Source of the DNA: a virus
Taxonomy: Duplodnaviria > Heunggongvirae > Uroviricota > Caudoviricetes
Reading direction: 5' to 3' (one strand)
DNA length: 18,233 nucleotides
Virus record (IMG/VR): IMGVR_UViG_2734482771_000002
Of the stretch, positions 7,048 to 16,949 are shown in pieces. The notes beneath the pieces are model-generated. The model saw only the letters and a program-made list of their open reading frames with translations. It had not been told where the DNA came from and made no database searches. The first letter of the stretch is position 1. Each line of letters starts with the position of its first letter. Made by a program: the position numbers and the translations under genes.

Positions 7048-10000
7048 ATGGGTAAAGGAAGCAGTAAGGGGCATACTCCGCGCGAAGCGAAGGACAACCT
7101 GAAGTCCACGCAGTTGCTGAGTGTGATCGATGCCATCAGCGAAGGGCCGATTGAAGGTCCGGTGGATGGCTTAAAAAGCGTGCTGCTGAACAGTACGCCG
7201 GTGCTGGACAGTGAGGGGAATACCATTATCTCCGGCGTCACGGTGGTGTTCCGGGCCGGTGAGCAGGAGCAGACTCCGCCGGAGGGATTTGAATCCTCCA
7301 GCTCCGAGACAGTGTTGGGTACGGAAGTGAAATACGACACGCCGATCACCCGCGCCATCACGTCGGCAAACATCGACCGACTGCGCTTTACCTTCGGTGT
7401 GCAGGCACTGGTGGAAACCACCTCAAAGGGGGACCGGAATCCGTCGGAAGTTCGCCTGCTGGTTCAGATACAGCGTAATGGTGGCTGGGTGACGGAAAAA
7501 GACATCACCATTAAGGGCAAAACCACCTCGCAGTATCTGGCCTCGGTGGTGGTGGATAACCTGCCGCCGCGCCCGTTTAATATCCGGATGCGCAGAATGA
7601 CGCCGGACAGCACCACAGACCAGCTGCAGAACAAAACGCTCTGGTCGTCATACACCGAAATCATCGATGTGAAACAGTGCTACCCGAACACGGCACTGGT
7701 CGGCGTACAGGTGGATTCGGAGCAGTTCGGCAGCCAGCAGGTGAGCCGTAATTATCATCTGCGCGGGCGTATTCTGCAGGTGCCGTCGAATTATAACCCG
7801 CAGACGCGGCAATACAGCGGTATCTGGGACGGAACGTTTAAACCGGCATACAGCAACAACATGGCCTGGTGTCTGTGGGATATGCTGACCCACCCGCGCT
7901 ACGGCATGGGGAAACGTCTTGGTGCGGCAGATGTGGATAAATGGGCGCTGTATGTCATCGGCCAGTACTGCGACCAGTCGGTGCCGGACGGCTTTGGCAG
8001 CACGGAGCCGCGCATCACCTGTAATGCCTGGCTGACCACACAGCGCAAGGCGTGGGATGTGCTCAGTGATTTCTGCTCGGCGATGCGCTGTATGCCGGTA
8101 TGGAACGGGCAGACGCTGACGTTCGTGCAGGACCGACCGTCGGATAAGGTGTGGACCTATAACCGCAGTAATGTGGTGATGCCGGATGATGGCGCGCCGT
8201 TCCGCTACAGCTTCAGCGCCCTGAAGGACCGCCATAATGCCGTTGAGGTGAACTGGATTGACCCGGATAACGGCTGGGAGACGGCGACAGAGCTTGTGGA
8301 GGACACGCAGGCCATTGCCCGTTACGGTCGTAATGTCACGAAGATGGATGCCTTTGGCTGTACCAGCCGGGGGCAGGCACACCGAGCCGGGCTGTGGCTG
8401 ATTAAAACGGAGCTGCTGGAAACGCAGACCGTGGATTTCAGCGTCGGCGCAGAAGGGCTTCGCCATGTACCGGGCGATGTTATTGAAATCTGTGATGATG
8501 ACTATGCCGGTATCAGCACCGGTGGTCGTGTGCTGGCGGTGAACAGCCTGACCCGGACGCTGACGCTTGACCGTGAAATCACGCTGCCATCCTCCGGTAC
8601 CACGCTGATAAGCCTGGTTGACGGAAGTGGCAATCCGGTCAGCGTGGAGGTTCAGTCCGTCACCGACGGCGTGAAGGTGAAAGTGAGCCGTGTTCCTGAC
8701 GGTGTTGCTGAATACAGCGTATGGGGGCTGAAGCTGCCGAGGCTGCGCCAGCGACTGTTCCGCTGCGTGAGTATCCGTGAGAACGACGACGGCACGTATG
8801 CCATCACCGCCGTGCAGCATGTGCCGGAAAAAGAGGTCATCGTGGATAACGGGGCGCACTTTGACGGCGAACAGAGTGGCACGGTGAACGGTGTCACGCC
8901 GCCAGCGGTGCAGCACCTGACCGCAGAAGTCACTGCAGACAGCGGGGAATACCAGGTGCTGGCCCGCTGGGACACGCCGAAGGTGGTGAAGGGCGTGAGC
9001 TTCCTGCTTCGCCTGACCGTGGCAGCGGATGACGGCAGTGAGCGGCTGGTCAGCACGGCCCGGACGACGGAAACCACTTACCGCTTCACACAACTGGCTC
9101 TGGGGAACTACAGGCTGACAGTCCGGGCAGTAAATGCGTGGGGGCAGCAGGGCGATCCGGCGTCGGTATCGTTCCGGATTGCCGCACCGGCAGCGCCGTC
9201 GCGGATTGAGCTGACGCCGGGCTATTTTCAGATAACCGCCACGCCGCATCTTGCGGTTTATGATCCGACGGTACAGTTTGAGTTCTGGTTCTCGGAAAAG
9301 CGGATTGCGGATATCAGGCAGGTTGAAACCACAGCACGCTATCTTGGCACGGCGCTGTACTGGATAGCCGCCAGTATCAATATCAGGCCGGGCCATAATT
9401 ATTATTTTTACGTTCGCAGTGTGAACACCGTTGGCAAATCGGCATTCGTGGAGGCTGTTGGTCAGCCGAGTGATGACGCATCCGGCTATCTGGATTTTTT
9501 CAAAGGCGAGATAGGGAAAACCCATCTGGCTCAGGAGCTGTGGACGCAGATTGATAACGGTCAGCTTGCGCCTGACCTGGCTGAAATCAGGACATCCATT
9601 ACGGATGTCAGCAATGAAATCACACAGACCGTCAATAAGAAACTGGAAGACCAGAGTGCAGCGATCCAGCAGATACAGAAGGTTCAGGTTGATACAAATA
9701 ATAATCTGAACAGCATGTGGGCTGTGAAGCTGCAGCAGATGCAGGACGGACGCCTTTATATTGCGGGTATCGGTGCCGGTATTGAGAACACCCCCGACGG
9801 CATGCAGAGTCAGGTGCTGCTGGCGGCAGACAGGATTGCGATGATTAATCCTGCAAATGGCAACACAAAACCGATGTTTGTTGGTCAGGGTGATCAGATA
9901 TTCATGAATGAAGTGTTCCTGAAATATCTGACGGCTCCCACCATTACCAGCGGCGGTAATCCTCCTGCATTTTCCCTGACACCGGACGGAAAGCTGACCG

Positions 10001-10545
10001 CTAAAAATGCGGATATCAGTGGCAGTGTGAATGCGAACGCCGGGACGCTCAACAATGTCACGGTAAATGAAAACTGTACAATTAAGGGCATGCTGGAGGC
10101 GACCCAGGTCAGAGGGGATTTCGTTAAAGCTGTATCAAAAGCCTTCCCGAAAAAAGTCGGTACGTGGGGTAACACGGAAACACCAAACGGTACGGTTACA
10201 GTCACCATCAGCGATGATCATAACTTTGACCGCCAGATTATTATTCCGCCCATTATTTTTAACGGTATAGCGTATGACGATCCGGGGAGCGGAAATAACC
10301 CGGGAGGCACGCGATACACGGGTTATGGTTTTGAAGTTCGCAAAAACGGCGTATTAATCGCATCCAGAGAAACTAAAGGGGCCATTCCCGGTAGTTACAG
10401 TGCAGTTATTGATATGCCTAGTGGTGGTGGTAGCGTCACTCTGGAGTTTAAGATTTTCCAGAAAGGCAATCAGGGGGCAGGCAATATCACCGACTGTACG
10501 GTGATTGTGACCAAAAAAGCGGCTTCCGGCATCAGTATTCGTTGA
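7048..10545 (+). CDS. J: Central tail fibre / host specificity protein J (tip attachment protein)
   Basis: 1165-aa [57 protein letters not shown]..., lambda gpJ-like over most of its length (fibronectin III-like repeats); the last few hundred residues appear divergent from lambda J as I recall it. Confidence 0.92.
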   Translation: MGKGSSKGHTPREAKDNLKSTQLLSVIDAISEGPIEGPVDGLKSVLLNSTPVLDSEGNTIISGVTVVFRAGEQEQTPPEGFESSSSETVLGTEVKYDTPITRAITSANIDRLRFTFGVQALVETTSKGDRNPSEVRLLVQIQRNGGWVTEKDITIKGKTTSQYLASVVVDNLPPRPFNIRMRRMTPDSTTDQLQNKTLWSSYTEIIDVKQCYPNTALVGVQVDSEQFGSQQVSRNYHLRGRILQVPSNYNPQTRQYSGIWDGTFKPAYSNNMAWCLWDMLTHPRYGMGKRLGAADVDKWALYVIGQYCDQSVPDGFGSTEPRITCNAWLTTQRKAWDVLSDFCSAMRCMPVWNGQTLTFVQDRPSDKVWTYNRSNVVMPDDGAPFRYSFSALKDRHNAVEVNWIDPDNGWETATELVEDTQAIARYGRNVTKMDAFGCTSRGQAHRAGLWLIKTELLETQTVDFSVGAEGLRHVPGDVIEICDDDYAGISTGGRVLAVNSLTRTLTLDREITLPSSGTTLISLVDGSGNPVSVEVQSVTDGVKVKVSRVPDGVAEYSVWGLKLPRLRQRLFRCVSIRENDDGTYAITAVQHVPEKEVIVDNGAHFDGEQSGTVNGVTPPAVQHLTAEVTADSGEYQVLARWDTPKVVKGVSFLLRLTVAADDGSERLVSTARTTETTYRFTQLALGNYRLTVRAVNAWGQQGDPASVSFRIAAPAAPSRIELTPGYFQITATPHLAVYDPTVQFEFWFSEKRIADIRQVETTARYLGTALYWIAASINIRPGHNYYFYVRSVNTVGKSAFVEAVGQPSDDASGYLDFFKGEIGKTHLAQELWTQIDNGQLAPDLAEIRTSITDVSNEITQTVNKKLEDQSAAIQQIQKVQVDTNNNLNSMWAVKLQQMQDGRLYIAGIGAGIENTPDGMQSQVLLAADRIAMINPANGNTKPMFVGQGDQIFMNEVFLKYLTAPTITSGGNPPAFSLTPDGKLTAKNADISGSVNANAGTLNNVTVNENCTIKGMLEATQVRGDFVKAVSKAFPKKVGTWGNTETPNGTVTVTISDDHNFDRQIIIPPIIFNGIAYDDPGSGNNPGGTRYTGYGFEVRKNGVLIASRETKGAIPGSYSAVIDMPSGGGSVTLEFKIFQKGNQGAGNITDCTVIVTKKAASGISIR

Positions 10546-10565
10546 AATTGTTATAACCCATATAA

Positions 10566-10591
10566 GGGCACCAGAAATGGTGCCTTTTTTA
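10566..10591 (+). terminator. Rho-independent terminator downstream of J
   Basis: GGCACC-AGAAAT-GGTGCC stem-loop (10567-10584) followed by TTTTTT (10585-10590), 21 nt after the J stop. Confidence 0.6.
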
Positions 10592-10614
10592 TTGCAGAAA
10601 AGCGAGAGGTAATT

Positions 10615-11214
10615 ATGCGTAAACTTTATGCCGCCATTTTGTCCGCAGCCATTTGTCTGGCCGTATCCGGTGCGCCTGCATGGGCATCTGAACATCAGTC
10701 CACGCTGAGCGCGGGGTATCTTCATGCCTCGACGAACGTTCCCGGCAGCGATGATCTTAACGGGATTAACGTGAAATACCGTTATGAGTTTACGGACACA
10801 CTGGGGCTGGTGACGTCATTCAGCTATGCAGGAGACAAGAATCGCCAGCTTACCCGTTACAGCGATACCCGCTGGCATGAAGATTCCGTGCGTAACCGCT
10901 GGTTCAGCGTGATGGTGGGGCCGTCTGTGCGCGTGAATGAATGGTTCAGCGCGTATGCGATGGCGGGTATGGCTTACAGCCGTGTGTCGACTTTCTCCGG
11001 GGATTATCTCCGCGTAACTGACAACAAGGGGAAAACGCACGACGTGCTGACCGGAAGTGATGACGGTCGCCACAGCAACACGTCTCTGGCGTGGGGAGCT
11101 GGCGTGCAGTTTAACCCGACCGAATCCGTGGCCATTGATATTGCTTATGAAGGCTCCGGCAGTGGCGACTGGCGCACTGACGGTTTCATCGTGGGTGTCG
11201 GTTATAAGTTCTGA
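10615..11214 (+). CDS. lom: Lom-family outer membrane protein (Ail/Lom/OmpX/PagC beta-barrel family)
   Basis: 199-aa ORF with a signal peptide ([24 protein letters not shown]) and the Lom-type C-terminus ...[29 protein letters not shown]; RBS GAGAGG upstream; located between J and stf as in lambda. Confidence 0.85.
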
Positions 11215-11240
11215 TTAGCCAGGTAACACAGTGTTATGAC

Positions 11241-11268
11241 AGCCCGCCTGTTCAGGCGGGCTTTTTTG
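11241..11268 (+). terminator. Rho-independent terminator downstream of lom
   Basis: AGCCCGCC-TGTTCA-GGCGGGCT perfect 8-bp stem (11241-11262) followed by TTTTTTG. Confidence 0.65.
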
Positions 11269-11278
11269 TGGGGTGAAT

Positions 11279-14200
11279 ATGGCAGTAAAGATTTCAGGTG
11301 TACTGAAAGACGGCACAGGAAAACCGGTACAGAACTGCACAATCCAGCTGAAAGCAAAACGTAACAGCACCGCGGTGGTGGTGAACACGCTGGCCTCAGA
11401 AAATCCGGATGAAGCCGGGCGTTACAGCATGGACGTTGAGTACGGTCAGTACAGCGTTATTCTGTTGGTGGAAGGATTCCCGCCGTCACATGCCGGGACC
11501 ATCACCGTGTATGAAGATTCCCGACCCGGTACGCTGAATGATTTTCTCGGTGCCATGACGGAGGATGATGCCCGTCCGGAGGCTCTGCGCCGTTTTGAAC
11601 TGATGGTGGAAGAGGTGGCGCGTAACGCGTCCGCGGTGGCACAGAACACGGCAGCCGCGAAGAAGTCAGCCGGCGATGCCGGCACATCTGCCCGTGAGGC
11701 GGCAACCCATGCGACTGATGCTGCAGGCTCAGCACGCGCAGCCAGCACGTCAGCCGGACAGGCCGCTTCGTCGGCTCAGTCAGCGTCTTCCAGCGCAGGA
11801 ACGGCATCAACAAAGGCCACTGAAGCGGAAAAAAGTGCTGCCGCTGCAGAGTCCTCAAAAAGCGCGGCAGCTACCAGTGCCAGTGCCGCGAAAACGTCAG
11901 AAACGAATGCTGCAGCGTCACAACAATCAGCAGCCACTTCTGCATCCACCGCGACTACGAAAGCGTCAGAAGCTGCCACCTCAGCCCGGGATGCGTCGGC
12001 TTCAAAAGAGGCGGCAAAATCATCAGAAACGAACGCATCCTCGAGCGCCAGTAGCGCAGCTTCCTCGGCAACGGCGGCAGCAAATTCCGCGAAGGCGGCA
12101 AAAACGTCCGAGACGAACGCCAGGTCTTCTGAGACGGCAGCGGGACAGAGCGCCTCAGCTGCGGCAGGCTCAAAAACAGCGGCTGCGTCGTCTGCCAGTG
12201 CCGCGTCAACAAGTGCCGGGCAGGCCTCAGCCAGTGCCATCGCCGCCGGAAAATCGGCAGAAAGCGCCGCATCATCCGCTTCAACAGCCACAACGAAGGC
12301 TGGCGAAGCCACTGAACAGGCCAGCGCAGCAGCGAGGTCAGCTTCCGCAGCGAAGACATCCGAAACGAACGCGAAAGCGTCGGAAACCAGCGCAGAATCC
12401 TCAAAAACGGCTGCCGCATCGTCCGCCAGTTCGGCGGCGTCATCGGCCTCATCGGCGTCTGCTTCAAAAGATGAGGCGACCAGACAAGCGTCAGCAGCGA
12501 AGGGCAGCGCCACGACGGCATCCACGAAGGCAACAGAGGCTGCTGGCAGTGCGACGGCGGCAGCACAGAGCAAGAGTACGGCAGAATCCGCAGCAACGCG
12601 CGCCGAGACAGCAGCAAAACGGGCAGAGGATATTGCATCCGCTGTGGCGCTTGAGGATGCGAGCACGACGAAAAAGGGGATAGTACAGCTCAGTAGTGCG
12701 ACTAACAGCACTTCCGAGTCACTGGCGGCAACACCAAAAGCCGTTAAGGCCGCGTATGACCTGGCTAACGGGAAATACACCGCACAGGATGCAACGACAG
12801 CACAGAAAGGGATAATCCAGCTAAGCAGCGCGACCAACAGCACGTCTGAAACGCTTGCCGCGACACCAAAGGCAGTAAAAACAGCCTATGACAATGCTGA
12901 GAAACGTCTGCAGAAAGATCAGAACGGTGCGGATATCCCTGGCAAAGACACCTTTACGAAAAATATTGGTGCCTGCCGTGCCTTTGGTGGGTCAGTAAGC
13001 ACAATAACAGGAAACTGGACGACTGCACAGTTTATCGAGTGGCTGGATTCTCAGGGAGCATTTAACCATCCCTACTGGATGTGCAAGGGGTCCTGGTCTT
13101 ATGGCAATAATAAAATCATTACTGATACTGACTGCGGTAATATTCATCTCGCCGGAGCTGTCATTGAAGTAATGGGGATAAAGTCAGCGATGACGATCCG
13201 CATTACCACACCGACCACCTCCACTGGTGGTGGAACAACTAACGCCCAGTTTACCTATATTAATCACGGAACAGATTATTCACCTGGCTGGCGAAGGGAC
13301 TATAACTCCAGAAATAAGCCAACGGCATCAGAGATCGGGGCGTTACCGTCAGGTGGAACAGCAGTATCATCAGTTAATCTGTCTTCAAAAGGTCGGGTAA
13401 CCGCGCTGACAGACAATACGCAGGGGGCAACAGGTCTTGAGTTATACGAGGTGTATAACAACGGATATCCAACAGCGTATGGAAATATCATTCACCTGAA
13501 AGGGATGACAGCCGTTGGCGAAGGTGAGTTACTCATCGGCTGGAGTGGTACAAGCGGTGCTCATGCTCCGGCATTTATTCGTTCACGACGGGATACGACC
13601 GACGCAAACTGGTCGCCGTGGGCGCAGCTTTACACCTCGGCTCATCCTCCTGCAGAGTTTTATCCAGTCGGTGCACCAATCCCGTGGCCATCAGATACCG
13701 TTCCGTCTGGCTATGCCCTGATGCAGGGGCAGACTTTTGACAAATCTGCATACCCGAAACTTGCAGCGGCTTATCCGTCAGGCGTGATCCCTGATATGCG
13801 TGGCTGGACGATTAAGGGCAAACCTGCCAGTGGTCGGGCCGTATTGTCTCAGGAACAGGACGGCATTAAATCGCATACCCACAGCGCCAGCGCATCCAGT
13901 ACGGATTTGGGGACGAAAACCACATCGTCGTTTGATTACGGCACTAAATCCACGAATAACACTGGTGCGCATACCCATAGTTTAAGTGGCAGCACGAATG
14001 CAGCTGGTAATCACAGCCATAGAGATGGCCGTCGATTTAACCCCAGTGTTTTTAAAGATACTTATCAATATGGTTATACAAGCTCAGGTCAAAATACCTG
14101 GGGTGTACAAGGCTCAGTAGGTATGTCTACGGGGTGGTTAGCTAATACCAGTACAGATGGTAATCATAGCCACTCACTGTCCGGCACAGCAGCATCTGCA

Positions 14201-14350
14201 GGTGCACACGCGCATACTGTCGGTATTGGTGCTCATACGCACTCCGTTGCGATTGGTTCACATGGACACACCATCACCGTTAACGCTGCTGGTAACGCGG
14301 AAAACACCGTCAAAAACATCGCATTTAACTATATTGTGAGGCTTGCATAA
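11279..14350 (+). CDS. stf: Side tail fibre protein Stf
   Basis: ORF beginning [30 protein letters not shown]... (ATG 11279; the supplied track starts at the in-frame GTG 11273). It has a long Ala/Ser/Thr-rich low-complexity shaft, duplicated KGI(V/I)[11 protein letters not shown](S/T)LAATPKAVK motifs, and a His-rich C-terminus ([43 protein letters not shown]) of the lambda Stf / T4 gp37 type. Its stop overlaps the tfa start (TAATG). Confidence 0.85.
12674..12892 (+). repeat. Duplicated 29-codon motif inside stf (copies 12674-12760 and 12806-12892, separated by 45 nt)
   Basis: Both copies encode KGI(V/I)[11 protein letters not shown](S/T)LAATPKAVK(A/T)AYD; the nucleotide sequences differ at many synonymous positions while the peptides are nearly identical. 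Confidence 0.8.
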
Positions 14351-14925
14351 TGGCATTCAGAATGAGTGAACAACCACGGACCATAAAAATTTATAATCTG
14401 CTGGCCGGAACTAATGAATTTATTGGTGAAGGTGATGCATATATTCCGCCTCATACAGGTCTGCCAGCAAACAGTACCGATATTGCACCGCCAGATATTC
14501 CGGCTGGCTTCGTGGCTGTTTTCAACAGTGATGAGTCATCGTGGCATCTCGTTGAAGATCATCGGGGTAAAACGGTTTATGACGTGGCTTCCGGCGACGC
14601 GTTATTTATTTCTGAACTCGGTCCGTTACCGGAAAATGTTACCTGGTTATCGCCGGAAGGGGAGTTTCAGAAGTGGAACGGCACAGCCTGGGTGAAGGAT
14701 ACGGAAGCAGAAAAACTGTTCCGGATCCGGGAGGCGGAAGAAACAAAAAACAACCTGATGCAGGTAGCCAGTGAGCATATTGCGCCGCTTCAGGATGCTG
14801 CAGATCTGGAAATTGCAACGGAGGAAGAAATCTCGTTGCTGGAAGCATGGAAAAAGTATCGGGTATTGCTGAACCGTGTTGATACGTCAACTGCACAGGA
14901 TATTGAATGGCCAGCACTGCCGTAG
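14350..14925 (+). CDS. tfa: Tail fibre assembly protein Tfa
   Basis: 191-aa [82 protein letters not shown]... matching lambda Tfa; immediately follows stf. Confidence 0.88.
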
Positions 14926-15022
14926 GGTAAAACATATAAATTCTATAATTAGATGTATCTTTCCATTTACGGCAAGGAAGGGGGCTTGGAAGACGTAAAG
15001 CATCTCACACCGAGATTATTTT

Positions 15023-15613
15023 TTATATGTCAGGTGTCTGAAGTTTTGCTTTGGCTCTTAAAATGGTTTGCCGCGAGGTTTTGAATTCCCGGGCAATGGC
15101 ACTTATACTTACACCTGACTTAATTCGTTCGAATACCACCTGTTTCTGTTCTTCATTTAACACAGGTGGTCGACCAAAACGTTTCCCTGCGCCGCGGGCT
15201 CTTACTATCCCGGAATGAGTGCGTTCAAGTAAAAGGTCTCGTTCAAATTCAGCGACTGCTGAAATTACTTGCATCATCATTTTTCCTGTTGGACTGGTCA
15301 GGTCAATGCCACCCAATGCTAAGCAATGCACTCTGATACCTGTTTCGGTCAGTTGTTCCACTGTTTTCCTGATATCCATTGCATTACAACCAAGGCGATC
15401 CAGTTTTGTCACAATCAATTGATCACCACATTTCAGGCGAGCAAGCAACCGGTTAAAACCAGGACGCTCACTGGTTGCTGCTGAGCCGCTAATGTGTTCT
15501 TCGATTATTTGCTGAGGTTTGATTTTAAAACCTGCACTTTCGATTTCCCGGCGTTGATTTTCGGTGGTCTGATCCAGCGTTGATATCCGACAGTAAGCAA
15601 AAATTCGAGACAT
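15023..15613 (-). CDS. pin: Serine recombinase, Pin/Gin/Hin-family DNA invertase
   Basis: 196-aa [32 protein letters not shown]... with the resolvase/invertase N-terminal catalytic-serine motif (YCRISTLDQ) and a C-terminal HTH ([22 protein letters not shown]). Convergent with tfa, as in the Rac/Qin/e14 arrangement. Confidence 0.88.
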
Positions 15614-15929
15614 AGTGAGACTCTATACGAAATTGGTGTTCATATCATAATGCATCTCAGAAAATAATTATGATTATTTTTGTGCATATTTGTATGTACA
15701 CGTTCGAAAATAAACGAATGCGTATGCAACCCCGTAATTTTGGTGAGACCCAAAATCGATTTTGTGAAAAATGGCTTTAACTCGGTTTGTTTTTCGAGTT
15801 CCGGGCGGACTCAAGGAAGAAGAATAGTGTTGCGTGTTATTTTAACCAGATTTCAAGTTGTTTGGTCGTGGAAAAGTGGAGCAAAATGTTGTTAAAGTGG
15901 AAAAATGATAAAAAAGTAAGTTTATTATA

Positions 15930-16163
15930 TTACATTTTACCATTTAAATTTTGGTTGTCTTTAAGAACTGATATCGCTGTTTGTAATAATTCTTTGTTAT
16001 CCAGCCATGATTTTTTCTTTATGTTTCCTTCAATGTAATCAAGCAATGTTCTGGTATTGATAGGTCTTCCCTGTTTTGCTACTTCCACTACAGCATCCCC
16101 TAGGATAATTCTTACTTCAGGAAGCTGCGCAGGGAACCACTTTAGGGTGTCTTTTGATTTCAT
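15930..16163 (-). CDS. ydfK: Small YdfK/YnaE-like protein (DUF1398-type, cold-shock-associated prophage gene)
   Basis: Minus-strand ORF; the supplied 88-aa version (to 16196) starts MKINNILRNIFMKSKDTLKW..., while the internal Met gives a 77-aa product MKSKDTLKWFPAQLPEVRIILGDAVVEVAKQGRPINTRTLLDYIEGNIKKKSWLDNKELLQTAISVLKDNQNLNGKM. The call rests mainly on synteny (pin-ydfK-ydfJ as in the K-12 Qin end) and size; the start codon is uncertain. Confidence 0.6.
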   Translation of the reverse strand: MKSKDTLKWFPAQLPEVRIILGDAVVEVAKQGRPINTRTLLDYIEGNIKKKSWLDNKELLQTAISVLKDNQNLNGKM

Positions 16164-16667
16164 GAAGATATTCCTTAAAATATTATTGATTTTCATTGCG
16201 ATATTGTATGTCTGATTCAGGATATGTTGACTTATACATCGGTTTTGTCTGGGTTATTGGATATGCCAATCCCTAATTTTATTAGGGCATGACTAAAAAT
16301 GCTGAATATGATAAGGAGAGATGTGATTATCAGTATGCTGTTCATATAGCCTCGAATTAGTAATGTGTTATATATGATATAGTTGACAATTTTTATCTTG
16401 GGTGTTCTTAAAGTTCGTAGATAAACATTGTCGTTTCAGGTATACAGGAATGCTAACAGGTGGCAGCAAAAATCAGGCGGTTTATGGCGCAAGCTGAAGC
16501 GGCAACTGTAAACTATCTTATGCAGAGACTCTACACGGATTGGGTTTAAAAGTATACATAGATAACAGTTTTTATCTGAAAAAGAAAAATATCAAGGTGA
16601 TATAGCCTATATGCCTTTGATGCGGAGGAATGAATGTGATGGGAGTGATGTATCTGAATAGTTGAAA

Positions 16668-16705
16668 AACCGCAGACACGCCTTATGCAAGAACGTGCTG
16701 CGGTT
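16668..16705 (-). terminator. Strong hairpin, terminator-like when read on the minus strand
   Basis: AACCGCAG-A-CACG [13-nt loop] CGTG-CTGCGGTT (12 bp of stem with one bulge). On the minus strand the hairpin runs directly into a TTTTT tract (complement of the A-run at 16665-16669); on the plus strand no immediate T-run follows. Confidence 0.4.
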
Positions 16706-16949
16706 GGCTGGTAAATTTTTCGATAGTGTGAGTATTGAATGATTTCCAGCCGTTCTTGATTTTACGCATAAATCCATGAAAAAACTACTTATCTGTTGGG
16801 GAGTTTTTTTTGGGGCATATATGGGACAGAAATAGGCCCCAGATAGACACTGAGATCGAACTTAGGATGCTTTTTAAAAAATGCAACTATCTGAAAAAAC
16901 CTAGAAAACGCCAAGGAAACCACAGGATGGGAAAAAACACCTGTGAATT

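Noticed and set aside
7648-9525. 625-aa ORF on the minus strand entirely inside J
   Set aside because: It is antisense to a well-supported, lambda-like J reading frame. The translation is Arg/Pro/His-rich with no recognisable domain or start context, typical of a chance open frame opposite a GC-rich gene.
11676-12843. Long alternative-frame ORFs inside stf (335 aa on plus, 355 aa and 227 aa on minus)
   Set aside because: They coincide exactly with the GCN-rich Ala/Ser/Thr low-complexity array of Stf, which removes stop codons from all frames. Their translations are poly-Arg/Pro/Gln or poly-Ala strings with no features of real proteins.
11955-12900. Possible CRISPR-like array suggested by repetitive sequence
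   Set aside because: The repeats are degenerate codon-level repeats inside a coding frame, not regularly spaced identical direct repeats with unique spacers, and no cas genes are present.
13641-13680. Candidate gix/pix-like invertase crossover site inside stf (CTCCTGCAGAGTTTTATCCAGTCGG)
   Set aside because: It matches only fragments of the gix consensus (TCCTG, and TTATCC in the wrong relative orientation) and lacks the dyad-symmetric half-sites around a 2-bp core. As I recall lambda Stf, the encoded peptide here ([16 protein letters not shown]) is ordinary conserved coding sequence.
15680-16038. Two plus-strand ORFs (71 aa at 15680-15895, 83 aa at 15787-16038) between pin and the ydfK-like gene
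   Set aside because: They lie in AT-rich intergenic DNA, overlap each other and the 3' end of the minus-strand gene, have no convincing RBS, and have low-complexity translations. More likely this is the pin promoter/regulatory region.
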